Of a stretch of DNA of 64,000 bases, positions 63,382 to 64,000 are shown piece after piece. Under the pieces are notes generated by a model. The model was given only the letters and a program-made list of their open reading frames with translations, searched no databases and was not told where the DNA came from. The translations under genes and the position numbers were made by a program. This stretch comes from Mobula hypostoma (taxonomy: Eukaryota): contig NC_086097.1 in the NCBI RefSeq assembly GCF_963921235.1, positions 82,214,001 through 82,278,000 on the forward strand. Direction: 5' to 3'. Every line of letters starts with the position of its first letter. Within the stretch, counting starts at the first letter, position 1.

Positions 63382-64000
63382 AAGTCATAGTCATACTTTA
63401 TTCATCCTGAAGGAAATTGGGTTTCGTTACAATTGCACCAACCAAGAATAGAGTATAAATATAGCAATATAAAACCATAAATAATTAAATAATAATATGT
63501 AAATTATGCCAGGAAATAAGTCCAGGACCAGCCTATTGGCTCAGGGTGTCTGACCCTCCAAGGGAGGAGTTGTAAAGTTTGATGGCCACAGGCAGGAATG
63601 ACTTCCTATGAGGCTCAGTGTTGCACCTTGGTGTAATGAGTCTCTGGCTGAATGTACTCCTGTGCCCAACCAGTCCATTACGTAGTGGATGGGAGACATT
63701 GTCCAAGATGGCATGCAACTTGGACAGAATCCTCTTTTCAGACACCACCGTCAGAGAGTCCAGTTCCATCCCCACAACATCACTGGCCTTACGAATGAGT
63801 TTGTTGATTTTGTTGGTGTCTGCTACCCTCAGCCTGCTGCTCCAGCACACAACAGCAAACATGATAGTACTGGCCACCACAGACTCATAGAACATCCTCA
63901 GCATCATCCGACAGATGTTAAAGGACCTCAGTCTCCTCAGGAAATAGAGACGGCTCTGACCCTTCTTGTAGACAGCCTCAGTGTTCTTTGACTAGTCCAG
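63382..64000 (-). mobile_element. Rex1/Babar-type LINE 3' end, running off the window
   Basis: ORF 63533-63907 MFYESVVASTIMFAVVCW..RKSFLPVAIKLYN; (ATGACT)n tail. Confidence 0.9.

Noticed and set aside
1..64000. Prokaryotic systems (CRISPR arrays, operons, retrons, DGRs)
   Set aside because: No repeat-spacer arrays or gene-dense organisation; all RT motifs belong to eukaryotic LINE or Penelope clades

Overview
Repeat-dense eukaryotic genomic DNA, intergenic or deep-intronic. The repeat inventory (CR1 LINEs with esterase ORF1, Rex1/Babar LINEs, RTE LINEs, V-SINEs, Penelope-like elements, Gypsy LTRs, hAT/Tc1 remnants) suggests a cartilaginous fish, probably a ray; this is inference. I could not identify any host protein-coding exon, and every ORF I can recognise is a decayed transposable-element fragment. 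Most notable: (i) minimal hammerhead-ribozyme motifs in the terminal repeat of Penelope-like elements and in short non-autonomous derivatives; (ii) a TSD-bounded, pol-deleted Gypsy element with tRNA-Trp PBS carrying nested CR1-in-CR1 insertions; (iii) an RTE copy with a twin-priming 5' inversion; (iv) a young RTE with an 11-bp TSD; (v) an unexplained ~150-bp three-way-junction insertion containing CUGAUGA; (vi) non-tRNA-headed non-autonomous retroposons. Boundaries were read by eye; those supported by TSDs are near-exact, the others approximate.
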